From an uncultured bacterium (GTDB lineage: Bacteria; UBP6; UBA1177), in assembly GCA_905233945.1 (NCBI GenBank), contig CAJOFY010000005.1:14698-78697 (forward strand): DNA of 64,000 nt, given 5' to 3'. The position numbers and the translations under genes are program-made. Shown here piece by piece: positions 1-11,005 of the stretch. Each line of letters opens with the position of its first letter. Within the stretch, counting starts at the first letter, position 1. The notes beneath the pieces are model-generated. The model saw only the letters and a list, made by a program, of their open reading frames with translations, was not told the DNA's origin and ran no database searches.

Positions 1-3
1 GTC

Positions 4-2508
4 ATGGGGTTCAATGACATTCTGCTGATAATATACGAAGTCCTGCAGGACGAAAAATCGGCCAGAAAACTTGTGGAAAGTATGGAAAACCGCTATTCGC
101 TGGTCCTTATCGACGAATTTCAGGATACAGATCCTCTCCAGTATTTCATTTTCAGCACCCTTTTCTGCAACGGAAAGCACACGGTTTTTTTCATCGGAGA
201 CCCGAAACAGTCGATATATTCATTCCGGAAGGCCGATATTTTCACATACTTCGAGGCCGCGAATGTTCCGGGCTTGAAAAAATATGAGATGAAAACGAAT
301 TTCCGCTCGTCAAGTGCCGCAGTTCAGGCGACAAACAAAGTTTTCGGCGTCCCAGATTCCTTCGGAGACGACGAACTTATACCGTACGGGGCGGTTACTG
401 CGAAAAACAGCGGTGACAATCCGCTGAAAAAATGCGGAGAACCTTCTCCGGGACTGCTTCTGCGCGAAGTCCCCGACGGCAACAAAGATAAAGTGCGGGA
501 TTTCGTTTCCGGCGATATTTCGGCAAGAATCCGTGAGATGACAGACAAAGACTCGCCTTACAGAATATTCGGAAAAAAAGAGGAAAACGGCGGAGAGTCT
601 GCCGGAAGGGCTGTCGTGCCGTCAGACATAGCCGTTCTTGTCACGACAAACGAATTCGCCATGCAGCTTTGCAAATACCTCGTGAATGACGGGATAGACG
701 CTGTCGTCGAAGCAGATACAGTGAAAGAACTCTATATTTTTGCCACCGGCGAGGCAGAGGCGGTGCAGAAAGTCATGGCGGCTGCGGCAACACAGGGAAT
801 GGCCGAGTTTAAAGCGGTTCTTCTTACTTTTTTCTACAATATGACAGTTGAGGATATTTCCGGAGACGAATCTGCTCTGACTCTGCTTCACGAAGAGTTC
901 CTTGCCGATTTTTCCGAGTGGGAGAAAAAAGGGTTCAGCTACGTTTTCTCGCAGTTCATAGGCAGGCCGTGGGTACTTGGCAATATCGCGCCGGAAGAAA
1001 AACGGAGAGTCCCGATACTGCGTCAGCTGTCGGAACTGATACTCAAATACGAGCTCAAATCAGGTTTTTCGATGTTCCGGACACAGAAATGGTTTGCGGA
1101 AAAAATGAGTTCAAAAAAAGATTGTTCCGAAGAAGATTGTTTCCGTGCCGAAAGCAACAGCAGCAGCGTGAGGATAATGACTCTGCATAAAAGCAAGGGG
1201 CTTGAGTTCAATATCGTCTTTTTTCCGTTTATGACCTCAGATTCTTCCTCGCCGTGGACTTTGCTGCACAAAGCGGATCCTTCAACCGGAGGAAAATACA
1301 CAAGGGAGATGCTTTATGCTTCGGACAAGGCGTCGCGTAGAGCGGGAGAGAAAAGTATAGGCGAGGGTTACGGCGTGAAAGTTCTCAACGATTCGGAACT
1401 CGAGCAGACGCGCGAGATTTATGTCGGTCTGACGCGGGCAAAATACATGACAGTGTTCTATACGAAAAAAGATAAAAAAGGGAAGCGGGAGTTTCTTTCC
1501 TCTTTATCCGTAGACGGCGGCAGCGAAAATTTTGTCAGGATTGACAGTTCCACTGAATCGTATGCATATGCCGCAGACCAGGAACAGGCCGGAGAACAGG
1601 TCACGCCCGTTCTTTATCCGCCGGAAACAGCCGGGCGTCATATAAATGCCGACTGGACACTTTCGAGTTTTAGCGGAATAATTTCGTCCGGCCAGAGTGC
1701 AGGTGAACCGGATGCCGACAGGGACGAGGATGCCGCAAGCGCGGATTCCGCAGCGGCTCCGGATGAACCCCGCAAAGAAGAAGATAGTGTTCCGATGTCG
1801 CTCTTTCCGAGAGGAACAGAGGCCGGAACAACCCTGCATCTTATTTTTGAAAAAGCCGGTTTCGCTTCCGACAACGCCGATCTTGTCAGTTCAGTTCTGA
1901 AAAAGAAGATGAATTTCAGAAAGGATGATTTGAAAAATGCAGCCGATGCCGTAAACCGGTGTCTGGAGAGCGTCTGCACGGTCCCGATGTTCGAGAACGG
2001 CAAAACTCTCAGGAATCTGGATGAGAGCGGGGAAAAGGCCGCAGAAATGGAATTTTACGCCGAGATAAGGAAAGATGCCCGTAAAGGTCAGCTCGCCGCT
2101 GTTATAAAGCGCTGCTACGAGGCCGGCAAAATTTTGTGCGACGAGGTAAAGAAAGGTTTTCTGCACGGTTTCATTGACCTTGTTGCGAAAATTGACGGGA
2201 AATATTACATTATTGACTGGAAATCGAACAACTTGGGCGATCATTTCAGTGATTACAGCCCGGAGAATATCAGAAAAGAGATGAAAAAACACGATTATTA
2301 TCTCCAGTATATGCTTTATCTCGCGGCATTCGACAGGTACATGGAAACATTCGACAAAGAATATTCATACGATAGAGATTTCGGCGGAGTAAGGTATGTT
2401 TTTCTGCGCGGAGTGCAGGAAAACAGCGCGGAAACCGGAATCTATGCGGATAAGCCGGCATTGGAGACTTTAAGGCAGTTTCAGGAACTTTTTGGAGACG
2501 AAGCATGA
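4..2508 (+). CDS. recB: Exodeoxyribonuclease V beta subunit RecB, C-terminal part (gene continues upstream of window)
   Basis: UvrD-like helicase motifs (VLIDEFQDTD, FFIGDPKQSIYSFR) and C-terminal PD-(D/E)xK nuclease motifs GFIDLVAKIDGKYYIIDWKSN and DYYLQYMLY, as in RecB; followed by recD. Confidence 0.8.
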   Translation: MGFNDILLIIYEVLQDEKSARKLVESMENRYSLVLIDEFQDTDPLQYFIFSTLFCNGKHTVFFIGDPKQSIYSFRKADIFTYFEAANVPGLKKYEMKTNFRSSSAAVQATNKVFGVPDSFGDDELIPYGAVTAKNSGDNPLKKCGEPSPGLLLREVPDGNKDKVRDFVSGDISARIREMTDKDSPYRIFGKKEENGGESAGRAVVPSDIAVLVTTNEFAMQLCKYLVNDGIDAVVEADTVKELYIFATGEAEAVQKVMAAAATQGMAEFKAVLLTFFYNMTVEDISGDESALTLLHEEFLADFSEWEKKGFSYVFSQFIGRPWVLGNIAPEEKRRVPILRQLSELILKYELKSGFSMFRTQKWFAEKMSSKKDCSEEDCFRAESNSSSVRIMTLHKSKGLEFNIVFFPFMTSDSSSPWTLLHKADPSTGGKYTREMLYASDKASRRAGEKSIGEGYGVKVLNDSELEQTREIYVGLTRAKYMTVFYTKKDKKGKREFLSSLSVDGGSENFVRIDSSTESYAYAADQEQAGEQVTPVLYPPETAGRHINADWTLSSFSGIISSGQSAGEPDADRDEDAASADSAAAPDEPRKEEDSVPMSLFPRGTEAGTTLHLIFEKAGFASDNADLVSSVLKKKMNFRKDDLKNAADAVNRCLESVCTVPMFENGKTLRNLDESGEKAAEMEFYAEIRKDARKGQLAAVIKRCYEAGKILCDEVKKGFLHGFIDLVAKIDGKYYIIDWKSNNLGDHFSDYSPENIRKEMKKHDYYLQYMLYLAAFDRYMETFDKEYSYDRDFGGVRYVFLRGVQENSAETGIYADKPALETLRQFQELFGDEA

Positions 2509-4301
2509 TTTTCAGCAGAAGAATCGGTCTTCTTGACGACTTGGCGAAGGCAAAGCTCATTTCGGAAACGGATGTGAATGTTGCTGAGTTTTTTGCCGGA
2601 TTTGAAAAAGATCTCACGGAAAGCGAAAGGGAGATTTTTGCCTTTGCTGCGGCGCTTCTCTCAATGCTGACTTCGGCGAACAGCATCTGTCTTGTCGAAA
2701 ACAATGCCGATGATTTCAGGGCCGAGGCTGAAAAGCAGCTGGAAAGAAATGCGTCGCTTCCTGACTGGAAACAGATAACGGAAGTTCTCCGCAGAAGCTA
2801 CTGCTGCACTGAAAACCCTGACTCCGAGAAAAAGCCGCTTGTTTTTACCGGAGAGAGGCTTTATTTCTACAAATACTGGCTTTACGAAAATTCCCTGGCG
2901 GAAGAACTTCTCAAAACAGCGGGAAAAGACGGGTGTTTTGCAGAGGACGCAGATGAAATTGCGCAAAGTTTCAGAGGGCTTTTCGGAGACAACCGGGAAC
3001 AGTTCGAAGCGGCTGAAAAAGCTGTCGGGAAAAATTTCTCGGTAATAACCGGCGGTCCGGGAACAGGAAAGACGACAACTGTGGCGAAACTTCTTGCCGG
3101 AATATTCTCTGTTAAGCAGGATGCAGACATAATTCTTGCCGCGCCGACAGGAAAGGCTGCTTCGAGAATGACCGAGGCTTTAAAAAATGCTGTGGAAAGG
3201 GATGATTTCAAAACAGTCGATTCCACTGTCCGCGACAGAATACTTTCTCTCGAGGGGCAGACGATCCACCGCGTTTTAGGGTGGAAATTCGGCGAATTTA
3301 TAATGAACAGGCTCAATCCTCTTTCAGCGGATCTGATAATCGTCGATGAGGCGAGTATGGTGGATATCGCGCTGTTTTACGCAATGACAGAGGCACTCGG
3401 CAGACGGACATCGCTTATTCTGCTCGGCGACAAGGATCAGCTTGCAAGTGTCGGGGTCGGAAACGTTCTTTCCGATATATGCAGCAACAGCGATCTTCTG
3501 CCGGAAGGAACAGTCTCAGAGCTTAAAACAAGCCACAGATTCAGTGAGGATTCCGGCATCAGAAAGCTCGCGGAAGCGGTCAACGGTGAAAAAAACACGG
3601 CAGATGATATCATAAATATATGCATGGAAGCCCGCGATCTTGATTTCAAGGAGAGAGAAGCGGCGAAAGAAAAGCAAAGCCGCGCGGCGGCAGCGGCAAA
3701 ATTGGCCAAAGCAGCGGCAAAAATCGCCGAAAGTATAAAGGAAAAATATGCATTTCTTTCCGAGCCCTCACTTTCTCCGGATGAAATCCTGAAGAGACTC
3801 AACGATTTTAAAGTTCTGTGTCCCTCAAAAGAGGACTCGTACGGAGTGGAAAAACTCAACAAGGCGATAGAAAAAGCTCTCGGCAAGGACGGTGAAGGCG
3901 CTTTTTACAGCGGACGTCCGGTAATGGTTACGAACAACAACTACTCTCTGAAACTTTTTAACGGAGACTGCGGCGTGATTCTGGGAAAGACGGCATATTT
4001 CAGGATAAACAATGTTCTGGAGTCGTTCCCGGTTTCTGTTCTGCCGCCGGTTGAGACGGTCTATGCGATGACTGTTCACAAAAGCCAGGGAAGCGAATAC
4101 AGATCGGTGCTTATAGTCATGCCGGAAACGGAAATGCCGATTCTGACGAAAGAACTTCTCTATACAGCGATAACGAGGGCAAAAGAATCGGTAACGATTG
4201 TCGCTGACAAAACAATTCTGGAATATACAATGAAAAACCGGGCGTCTAGAAACAGCGGTTTCAGAGATGCTCTGATAAAGGCTAAGGAAAAAAATGAGTG
4301 A
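2505..4301 (+). CDS. recD: Exodeoxyribonuclease V alpha subunit RecD
   Basis: Walker A ITGGPGTGKTT, DEASM, GDKDQLASVGVGNV, MTVHKSQGSEY, YTAITRAK motifs; ATGA overlap with recB stop. Confidence 0.85.
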   Translation: MIFSRRIGLLDDLAKAKLISETDVNVAEFFAGFEKDLTESEREIFAFAAALLSMLTSANSICLVENNADDFRAEAEKQLERNASLPDWKQITEVLRRSYCCTENPDSEKKPLVFTGERLYFYKYWLYENSLAEELLKTAGKDGCFAEDADEIAQSFRGLFGDNREQFEAAEKAVGKNFSVITGGPGTGKTTTVAKLLAGIFSVKQDADIILAAPTGKAASRMTEALKNAVERDDFKTVDSTVRDRILSLEGQTIHRVLGWKFGEFIMNRLNPLSADLIIVDEASMVDIALFYAMTEALGRRTSLILLGDKDQLASVGVGNVLSDICSNSDLLPEGTVSELKTSHRFSEDSGIRKLAEAVNGEKNTADDIINICMEARDLDFKEREAAKEKQSRAAAAAKLAKAAAKIAESIKEKYAFLSEPSLSPDEILKRLNDFKVLCPSKEDSYGVEKLNKAIEKALGKDGEGAFYSGRPVMVTNNNYSLKLFNGDCGVILGKTAYFRINNVLESFPVSVLPPVETVYAMTVHKSQGSEYRSVLIVMPETEMPILTKELLYTAITRAKESVTIVADKTILEYTMKNRASRNSGFRDALIKAKEKNE

Positions 4302-5247
4302 TATTTTCCCCGAAATAGTGCTCAGAAAAGAGTTCGCTGACTTCGCGGAAGATCCGTTTGTCCAGGCACTGGAGTTTGTCCGGGGGAAAAACGGCGGTTT
4401 TAAGCAGAAATATGCTGCGACCGAGGCGGAGAACCTGCTTAAATACAGGGATTTCCGCAAAATATGCGACGCGCTTAACGCCGACGGGATAACACGCTTT
4501 ATCCCCGTTAAGGGAATGTTTGTCTTCAACACGATTTTCGCAAATTATCTCGGACTCAGGCCGATGTCGGACATAGACCTCCTTTTTGCTCCGGAAGAAC
4601 ACAAAAAACTGAAAAATTTTCTCGCAAAACACCCCGAATTTCCGCCAGCCCACGGCGAACATTCGTTTTTTGAGCACAGCAGCGAAGCTTTTTGCGTAAT
4701 ATCCGGCAAAACACTCACCGAACTCCATTCGCAGATAACGACTGTTGCAATTCCCGGCCTGATAGAGGAAATTTTTGAAAATACTGAAGAAACAACCGAC
4801 GCTTCCGGCATGAAAATGCTTGTTCCGAAAATCGAATACGCCCTTATTATCATGCTGATGCACGACTACACAGCGGCAAGTCTGCTTAATTTTTCCGTGA
4901 GACGGCTTCTTGAATTCTACATCGTTCTGAGTCACGCCGACATGGACAAACTAAAAAAAATTGCGGCAAAATTCGATTTTGACAGGGTCCTCGACATGCA
5001 GCTTTTCATGATTTGTACAATGCTTGAAAAAGCTTTTTTCCCGAGAAGCTCGTTCAAAATTCGAGAAGAGTTCGGTTTTATTGAAAAAAACAGACAAGGG
5101 TTTCACGTGAAACATCCGTGGAAAATACACAGCAAAATATTCCACGGAAAGAGCTTGCTGCTCGGAATAAAAAACTCTCTGGGCGCTGTAATCCGCGAAA
5201 CAGATACCGGAATGGAATTTATAAAAATTGTTACAGGAAGAAAATGA
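4294..5247 (+). CDS. Uncharacterised nucleotidyltransferase (NTP_transf_5-like)
   Basis: RPMSDIDLLF motif typical of the uncharacterised nucleotidyltransferase family; overlaps recD stop and next gene start (ATGA). Confidence 0.5.
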   Translation: MSDIFPEIVLRKEFADFAEDPFVQALEFVRGKNGGFKQKYAATEAENLLKYRDFRKICDALNADGITRFIPVKGMFVFNTIFANYLGLRPMSDIDLLFAPEEHKKLKNFLAKHPEFPPAHGEHSFFEHSSEAFCVISGKTLTELHSQITTVAIPGLIEEIFENTEETTDASGMKMLVPKIEYALIIMLMHDYTAASLLNFSVRRLLEFYIVLSHADMDKLKKIAAKFDFDRVLDMQLFMICTMLEKAFFPRSSFKIREEFGFIEKNRQGFHVKHPWKIHSKIFHGKSLLLGIKNSLGAVIRETDTGMEFIKIVTGRK

Positions 5248-8200
5248 AACACTTTTTGGGACTTGATTTGGGCTCGGTGAGCCTTGACTGCGTCATTCTT
5301 GATGAAGAAAAAAATATAGTTTATCAAAGTTACCGCAGGACAAACGGGCGTCCGATGCAGGCTGCGTCCGAACTTTTCAGGGAAATTTCGGAAAAATTCA
5401 CTGAGTTTGAGTTTACAGGTGTCTGCGTCACGGGTTCCGGCAAAGAACTCATCGCGAACCAGCTCGGTTTTGATGTCACGAACGAAATCATCGCCCACGC
5501 AACAGCTGCATGGACGCTTTATCCCGACACAAAGCACATCATCGAAATCGGCGGACAGGATTCAAAGTTCATAACGATCGGCACAGATAAAAACGGCCGG
5601 CATTTTCTCGAAGACCACGCTTTCAACGAGCTCTGCGCTGCCGGAACCGGCGCATTTTTAGATCAGCAGGCGCAAAGGCTGGGGATGACAACGGAAGAAC
5701 TCGGAAATATCGCTTTTGCGGCAAAAAATGTGCCGAGTGTAGCCGGAAGATGCTCCGTTTTCGCGAAATCGGACATGATTCACCTGCAGCAGAAAGGGGT
5801 TCCGAAGGATGAAATCGCGGCGGGACTCTGCTTTTCACTGGCAAGGAACTATCTTTCAGCTTTATGCCGCGGCAAACTGCCCCATCCTCCGATACTTTTC
5901 CAGGGAGGAGTCGCCGCAAACAAAGGTGTGGCGCGCGCATTCCGCGAAATTCTGGGACTCAATGAAAACGAGCTGAAAATTCCGGAACAATTCGGTGAAA
6001 TGGGAGCGATAGGAGCGGCACTCATCGCTTCGGAAAGCACTCCGAAAAAATTTATGCTTTCAGAAATAACAAAAAATTTTTCAGTAACTTTTGATTTTAT
6101 TGAAGAGAGCGATCTGGAACCTTTAAAAGCCGGAGAAATTCCGCAAAACCTAGAAGAGACGCGGCTTTCAGAGGATTTGTCGGAACTTTTTCTTGGCATC
6201 GATGTCGGTTCAGTCAGCACAAAAGGGGCACTTATCGACAAAAACAGAAATGTTCTCGCCAGCGCATACCTTCCGACTGCCGGAAAACCGCTTGAAGCAG
6301 TTGAAAAAGTTGTTGCAGAAATTACTGCGAAAGCTCCTGCTCATGCACCTTTCGCGGCAGTTGCAGCAACCGGTTCGGGAAGAGTTTTAGCCGCAAAATA
6401 TTTGAAGACAAATCTTACGATCGACGAGATTTCGGCGCAGTCAGTTTCATGCGGATACTTTTTCCCCGAATGTGACACGATCATTGAAATCGGCGGGCAG
6501 GATTCAAAATTCATAAAAATGGAGAAGGGCGCGATAAGCAATTTCAAGATGAACAGAGCCTGTGCCGCGGGAACCGGATCGTTTCTTGAAGAGCAGTCGA
6601 ACCGTCTTAAAATCAGTATAAAAGATGAGTTTGCAGACCTCGCTTTTAAATCACTTCATCCTGTAAAATTAGGAAGCAGATGCACCGTTTTCATGGATTC
6701 CGATTTGGTTCATCACCTGCAGAGAGGCGCGAAAACAGAGGATCTGTGCGCCGGGCTTGCTTATGCGACATGCGAAAACTACATCGAAAAAGTGGCAGGT
6801 TCTTCGAGATTCGGCAAAAACATAGTTTTTCAGGGCGGAGTCGCAAAAAACAGGGCGGTCGGAGCCGTTTTCGAAAAACTTCTTAAAACAAAAATCAAAA
6901 TCCACCCCTATCCTGAAATTTCCGGAGCGATAGGAGCGGCATTCTTCGCTATGGAAGAGTATCTTTCACCCAAAAAAGAAGAAAACAAGGCTGAGCCTGT
7001 AAACGGTTTCAAAATCCGCGACGAACTTCTTCTTTCATACCTCAGGGAATACGATGAAAATCCGCAGACCCCGGACTGCAAAGGGGTTATAGCGATGCCG
7101 TTCGCTCTCAATCTGAAGGAATTTCTCCCTTTCTGGGCGGCGTTTTTCGGCGAACTCAACTACGAGCTTGTTCTTTCGCCCGAAACAAATCCGGAAATTG
7201 TGCAGTCGGGCCTGATTCATGTTCCCGCTGAATTCTGCTATCCGATGAAAGTCCTTTTCGGACACGTCAAAACCCTTTTGGATAAAGGCTATAAGCGGAT
7301 TTTTATCCCTCACATGCAGTTTTTCGCTCCTCCTAAGGGAAAACATCTGCAGTATGCATGTCCTTACACTCAGGCTGCACCTTATGTCATCAAAGAAAAT
7401 CTGAAAAGCGATGCCGAAATTTTGACTTTGAAATATCCGGTCGAAGGAGAAGAAAATTTCTGGATAGAAAGCGCCGCAAAAACTCTCGGACTTACTTTTG
7501 AAGAGGTCGATTCAGCCTTTGTGAAAGCGCGTGCGGCACAGCGCGAGTTCACTAGCAGGTGCATTGAAAAAGGAAAAGAGATTATTGAAAAAATCGAGCG
7601 CGAAAACGGGCGCGGTGTCGTTCTTCTTGGTCGTCCTTACAACACGGGAGACCGTCACATAAACTTGAATATCGCGGAAAGACTCACAAATCTCGGTATT
7701 TCAGTGATTCCAGCAGACTTTCTTCCGCTTGAAACCGAGGAACTTCCGCACATCTGGGACAGAGTCCGCTGGGGTTACGGCAGAAAACTTGTGAAGGCAG
7801 CGCGTATTCTCAAAAAACACAGAAATCTGGGGGGAGTAATCGTCACAAATTTCGGCTGCGGACCTGACGCTTTCATCGACCAGTATCTTGAATACGAGCT
7901 TTCCGACACGCCGCACCTTGTTCTCGAATTTGACGACCACCGCGCCGAAGCCGGCCTTGTGACGAGACTTGAAGCGTTCTCGCGCAATTTTAAAATCACA
8001 GATAAAGAACGCTTTGTTGTTGAGGGAAACGATCCTGGAAAGCCGAAAATTCCGCTCCGCGAATACACTTACTACATTCCGAGTTTCATGGATCACGCCC
8101 TGGCGATAAGCGGTGCGCTCAAGGCAAGCGGCTGCAAAGTCGTCCTTCTGCCGCCGACAGACGACGAAAGCTGGGAACTCGGGCTCAAATACGCTTACGG

Positions 8201-9242
8201 CAGAGAGTGCCACCCCTTCATTTCGTTTGTGGGAGACTTGCTCAAAGCGGCGAAACGGCCTGATTTCGTACCCGAAAAAGCTTGCTATTTCGGTCCGTCG
8301 TATTTCGGCGCGTGTCTTCTTCCGCAGTATATCATCGCGATGCACCTCGTTCTGAAACGCCTGGGACTCGGTGAAGTCACGATCATGAATATCACTGACG
8401 AAACCAACATGAAGGAGCTCGGACCTAAGTATCTTGCGAGAATGGCTCTCGGGATCTATGCGATAGACCGCTTTTTCAAGTGGAAAACGGAGATTACTCC
8501 TTACGAAGCAGAGAGCGGCGAAATCGAAAAAGTTTACCGCGATGTTCTTGCAGGAATCGAGAAAGGGCTTGAAACGGGCGGATTTTTCAAAGCAGTGAAA
8601 CGCGGCGTTAAGGCGATGAAATCGATAAAACTGACTCCTAATAACGGCACAAAACCCAAAATCGGTGTTGTCGGGGACGTTTACACCAGAATAAACACAC
8701 ACTCAAACGGAAAACTCTTTGAAAATCTCAAGAACATGGGCTTTGAAGTGTGGCCGTCGTGCTCGATGATCGATCTCACCTTCATGGCGCTTGAACTCAA
8801 ATCGGACGACTTCCTGCGTGAAGGCAAAAAGGTGAAAAGTTTCCTTGCGAAAGGGACTTTCCCCGCAGTAAAAATGTGCCGTCACCTGATCGACAGGTAT
8901 TTCCCAAACACGATCAGAACTCCGCAGGAGCGCGACCTCAATTTCATCAAAAAGACTGTCGGAAAACATATCGACATCACTATCGACCGCGCTTTGACAC
9001 TGAATTTAAGCCGTATCGGAGAACTTCACGAAGCCGCGTCCGACGGCATTTTGAATGTCATGTGCCACAACTGTATGCTGGGAACCGTCACCGAATCTCT
9101 CACCTCGACCTTGAGAAAGGAAACCGACGATACACCCATATGCACACTTGTCTACGAAGGCCTGAAGTCGACCCACAACAAAAACCGCCTCGAAGCATTC
9201 GCCCATCAGGTGAAACAGCAGAAACAACTAAAAAATCCCTAG
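5245..9242 (+). CDS. Putative CoA-substrate-specific enzyme activase: two tandem BadF/BadG/BcrA/BcrD (HgdC-like) ATPase domains + DUF2229-like C-terminal domain
   Basis: Two repeats of LGLDLGSVS/LGIDVGSVS, EIGGQDSKFI, CAAGTG(A/S)FL, GRCSVF/SRCTVF, QGGVA(A/K)N motifs; start chosen at 5245 (canonical ATPase N-terminus, ATGA coupling) rather than in-frame ATG at 5118. Confidence 0.75.
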
Positions 9243-9257
9243 ACTGTTTCTTCTGAC

Positions 9258-9316
9258 ATGTCAGGTCACAAAGGAGACGTGTCAGGTCACAAAGGAGACG
9301 TGTCAGGTCACGTCTC
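9258..9316 (+). repeat. 2.5 tandem copies of 21-bp unit GTGTCAGGTCACAAAGGAGAC (TGTCAGGTCAC core x3)
   Basis: Direct reading of sequence; units phased 21 bp apart immediately upstream of a -35 box. Confidence 0.8.
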
Positions 9317-9325
9317 TACTTTCTT
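9295..9325 (+). terminator. Candidate rho-independent terminator (8-bp stem GAGACGTG/CACGTCTC, 6-nt loop, T-rich tail)
   Basis: Perfect inverted repeat formed by last repeat copy, followed by TACTTTCTT. Confidence 0.45.
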
Positions 9326-9352
9326 GACTTAATTAAAAAATTTTAATAGATT
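9324..9352 (+). promoter_or_regulatory. Sigma70-like promoter TTGACT-N17-TAGATT upstream of OMP gene
   Basis: Consensus-like hexamers with 17-nt AT-rich spacer ~45 nt upstream of ATG 9398. Confidence 0.5.
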
Positions 9353-9397
9353 CTCGCGTTTTAATCATGTTTATTGTGAATTTGTTGGGGCGGATAT

Positions 9398-10996
9398 ATG
9401 AAGTTAGGAAGTAAACTCTTATTTCTATTGGTATTTCTTGCTTTCGGCGGGCTTTGTGCGTCAACTGTCACTGAGACTCTCGGCGCGACATCGACTGTAA
9501 ATCCTTTCAGCTCAAGAATGTTTGCAGGCGGTGCCGAGGCGACTTATTTCAACCCCGCGCTTCTTCCGAAAACGAAAAGAAGTTTCACTCTCAACTTTTT
9601 TTACAGTTACCGCAATCTTGACATAACCCTTTTCGACCGTCCCGAATCGCTCAATATCATAGGCAGTGTTTCGGAAAACTCCGGAATCTACGGTGCGGAT
9701 CAGGTAAACAACGATAAATATGAAACCAATCTTCCATACAAAACCCGTCCGACGGCCGATCTTGACGCACGCGGCAACGATTCATCGAAAGACGGCAGTC
9801 TCTACGGTGCTGTGGGACTTGTTCTCCCGATCTGGAAAGACTATATTGCGCTTGGTCTTTACGGGATGCTCCCGATGGGTTCTTTGATGAAAGAAAAGTC
9901 GTTTTTCGCCGATGAGCGCGAGGCAAATTTCTCGAACTCACTTCATTACGAGCTCTACGACGACAGAATGACCTCCTTCAACATTTCGCTTGCACTTGCC
10001 GGCGGTTACAAGTGGGTTTATGCCGGCGTCGGCCTCAACATCACTGCCGAAGCGAATGTCCAGGCTCCGATTTTCACTCCCGATGCAGGCAAAAACGAGA
10101 ATAAAATCGGAACTTTTGCCGAAATCAAACCGAAACTTGTCCCCCATTTCGGTCTTATCGTGAGACCTTGGGGGCCGATTCAGCTCGGTTTCACGGCGCA
10201 TCTTCCGGCAAAAACAGACATCGATGTCGATACAAAAATCACTTTCTGGTATATCGACCGCGACAAAGAGGCCGAAATCAACAGAAACAGGGTTCATGTC
10301 GCTTACGCTTTTCGACCTCTCGCCCTTTCACCGTCAATTGCAATTGTTGACTACAAATTCGAGAACGAACTTGAGCTGAGCGTAGGTTTCACCGCAATCT
10401 GGCGGCAGTGGTCTAAATACAAAAACCGCTACAATGAAAGCCCTGAATACAATGTTTATTGGGATAATACGATTAAGACGACAGATGAAAACGGCAATGT
10501 TACAGTCGGCGGCTGGGCTTCGGAATATGTCAAAAAATACAAATGGAAAGACAGCTGGGAGTTCACTCTCGGCACAAATTTCAAATACCACGCGATAAAA
10601 ACAGGTCTCGATCTCGGTTACTTCATGTCGCCTGTTCCCAAACAGGACGGCAGAACGAACTATGTCGACAACGACAGAATGAGCATAGCGGCTGGTTTCA
10701 GCTATACTTGGGATCTTCCCGAAAATATGCAGCTTGAGCTCGGCGGCAACTTTCAGGCTCACATAATGCTTGAAAGAACGACGAAAAAGGCTGAAGGCGA
10801 GGCGAATTCGGTCGGTAAGGACGGCAAAACAGTTGACGAGTTCCCAGATTCGGTCTGCGACGGCTTCGGCGACTGTCCGGCAGATACTCCGATAGCGGAA
10901 TCAGAAGGTTTTCAGACAAACAACCCGGGTTATCCGGGATATAAGAGCAGCGGCCAGATTTTTACAGGCGGTTTGTGGCTTACACTTTACTTTTAG
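9398..10996 (+). CDS. Outer-membrane beta-barrel protein (signal peptide, C-terminal aromatic residue)
   Basis: N-terminal signal peptide MKLGSKLLFLLVFLAFGGLCAS; alternating hydrophobic beta-strand pattern; C-terminal ...GGLWLTLYF. Confidence 0.6.
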   Translation: MKLGSKLLFLLVFLAFGGLCASTVTETLGATSTVNPFSSRMFAGGAEATYFNPALLPKTKRSFTLNFFYSYRNLDITLFDRPESLNIIGSVSENSGIYGADQVNNDKYETNLPYKTRPTADLDARGNDSSKDGSLYGAVGLVLPIWKDYIALGLYGMLPMGSLMKEKSFFADEREANFSNSLHYELYDDRMTSFNISLALAGGYKWVYAGVGLNITAEANVQAPIFTPDAGKNENKIGTFAEIKPKLVPHFGLIVRPWGPIQLGFTAHLPAKTDIDVDTKITFWYIDRDKEAEINRNRVHVAYAFRPLALSPSIAIVDYKFENELELSVGFTAIWRQWSKYKNRYNESPEYNVYWDNTIKTTDENGNVTVGGWASEYVKKYKWKDSWEFTLGTNFKYHAIKTGLDLGYFMSPVPKQDGRTNYVDNDRMSIAAGFSYTWDLPENMQLELGGNFQAHIMLERTTKKAEGEANSVGKDGKTVDEFPDSVCDGFGDCPADTPIAESEGFQTNNPGYPGYKSSGQIFTGGLWLTLYF

Positions 10997-11005
10997 GAGG
11001 ATAAC

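Noticed and set aside
5118-5244. Upstream in-frame ATG (5118) as start of the activase
   Set aside because: It would overlap the preceding gene by 130 nt. ATG 5245 gives the canonical BadF/BcrA N-terminus (MKHFLGLDLGSVS) and an ATGA coupling junction.
7701-8702. Long antisense ORFs inside large genes (e.g. 7701..8702 -, 19467..20393 +, 24925..25701 -, 28181..28900 -, 49785..50345 -, 54252..54998 -, 55877..56705 -, 62835..63317 -)
   Set aside because: They are fully embedded opposite well-supported genes with conserved domains, have biased composition from the complementary frame, and lack SD signals.
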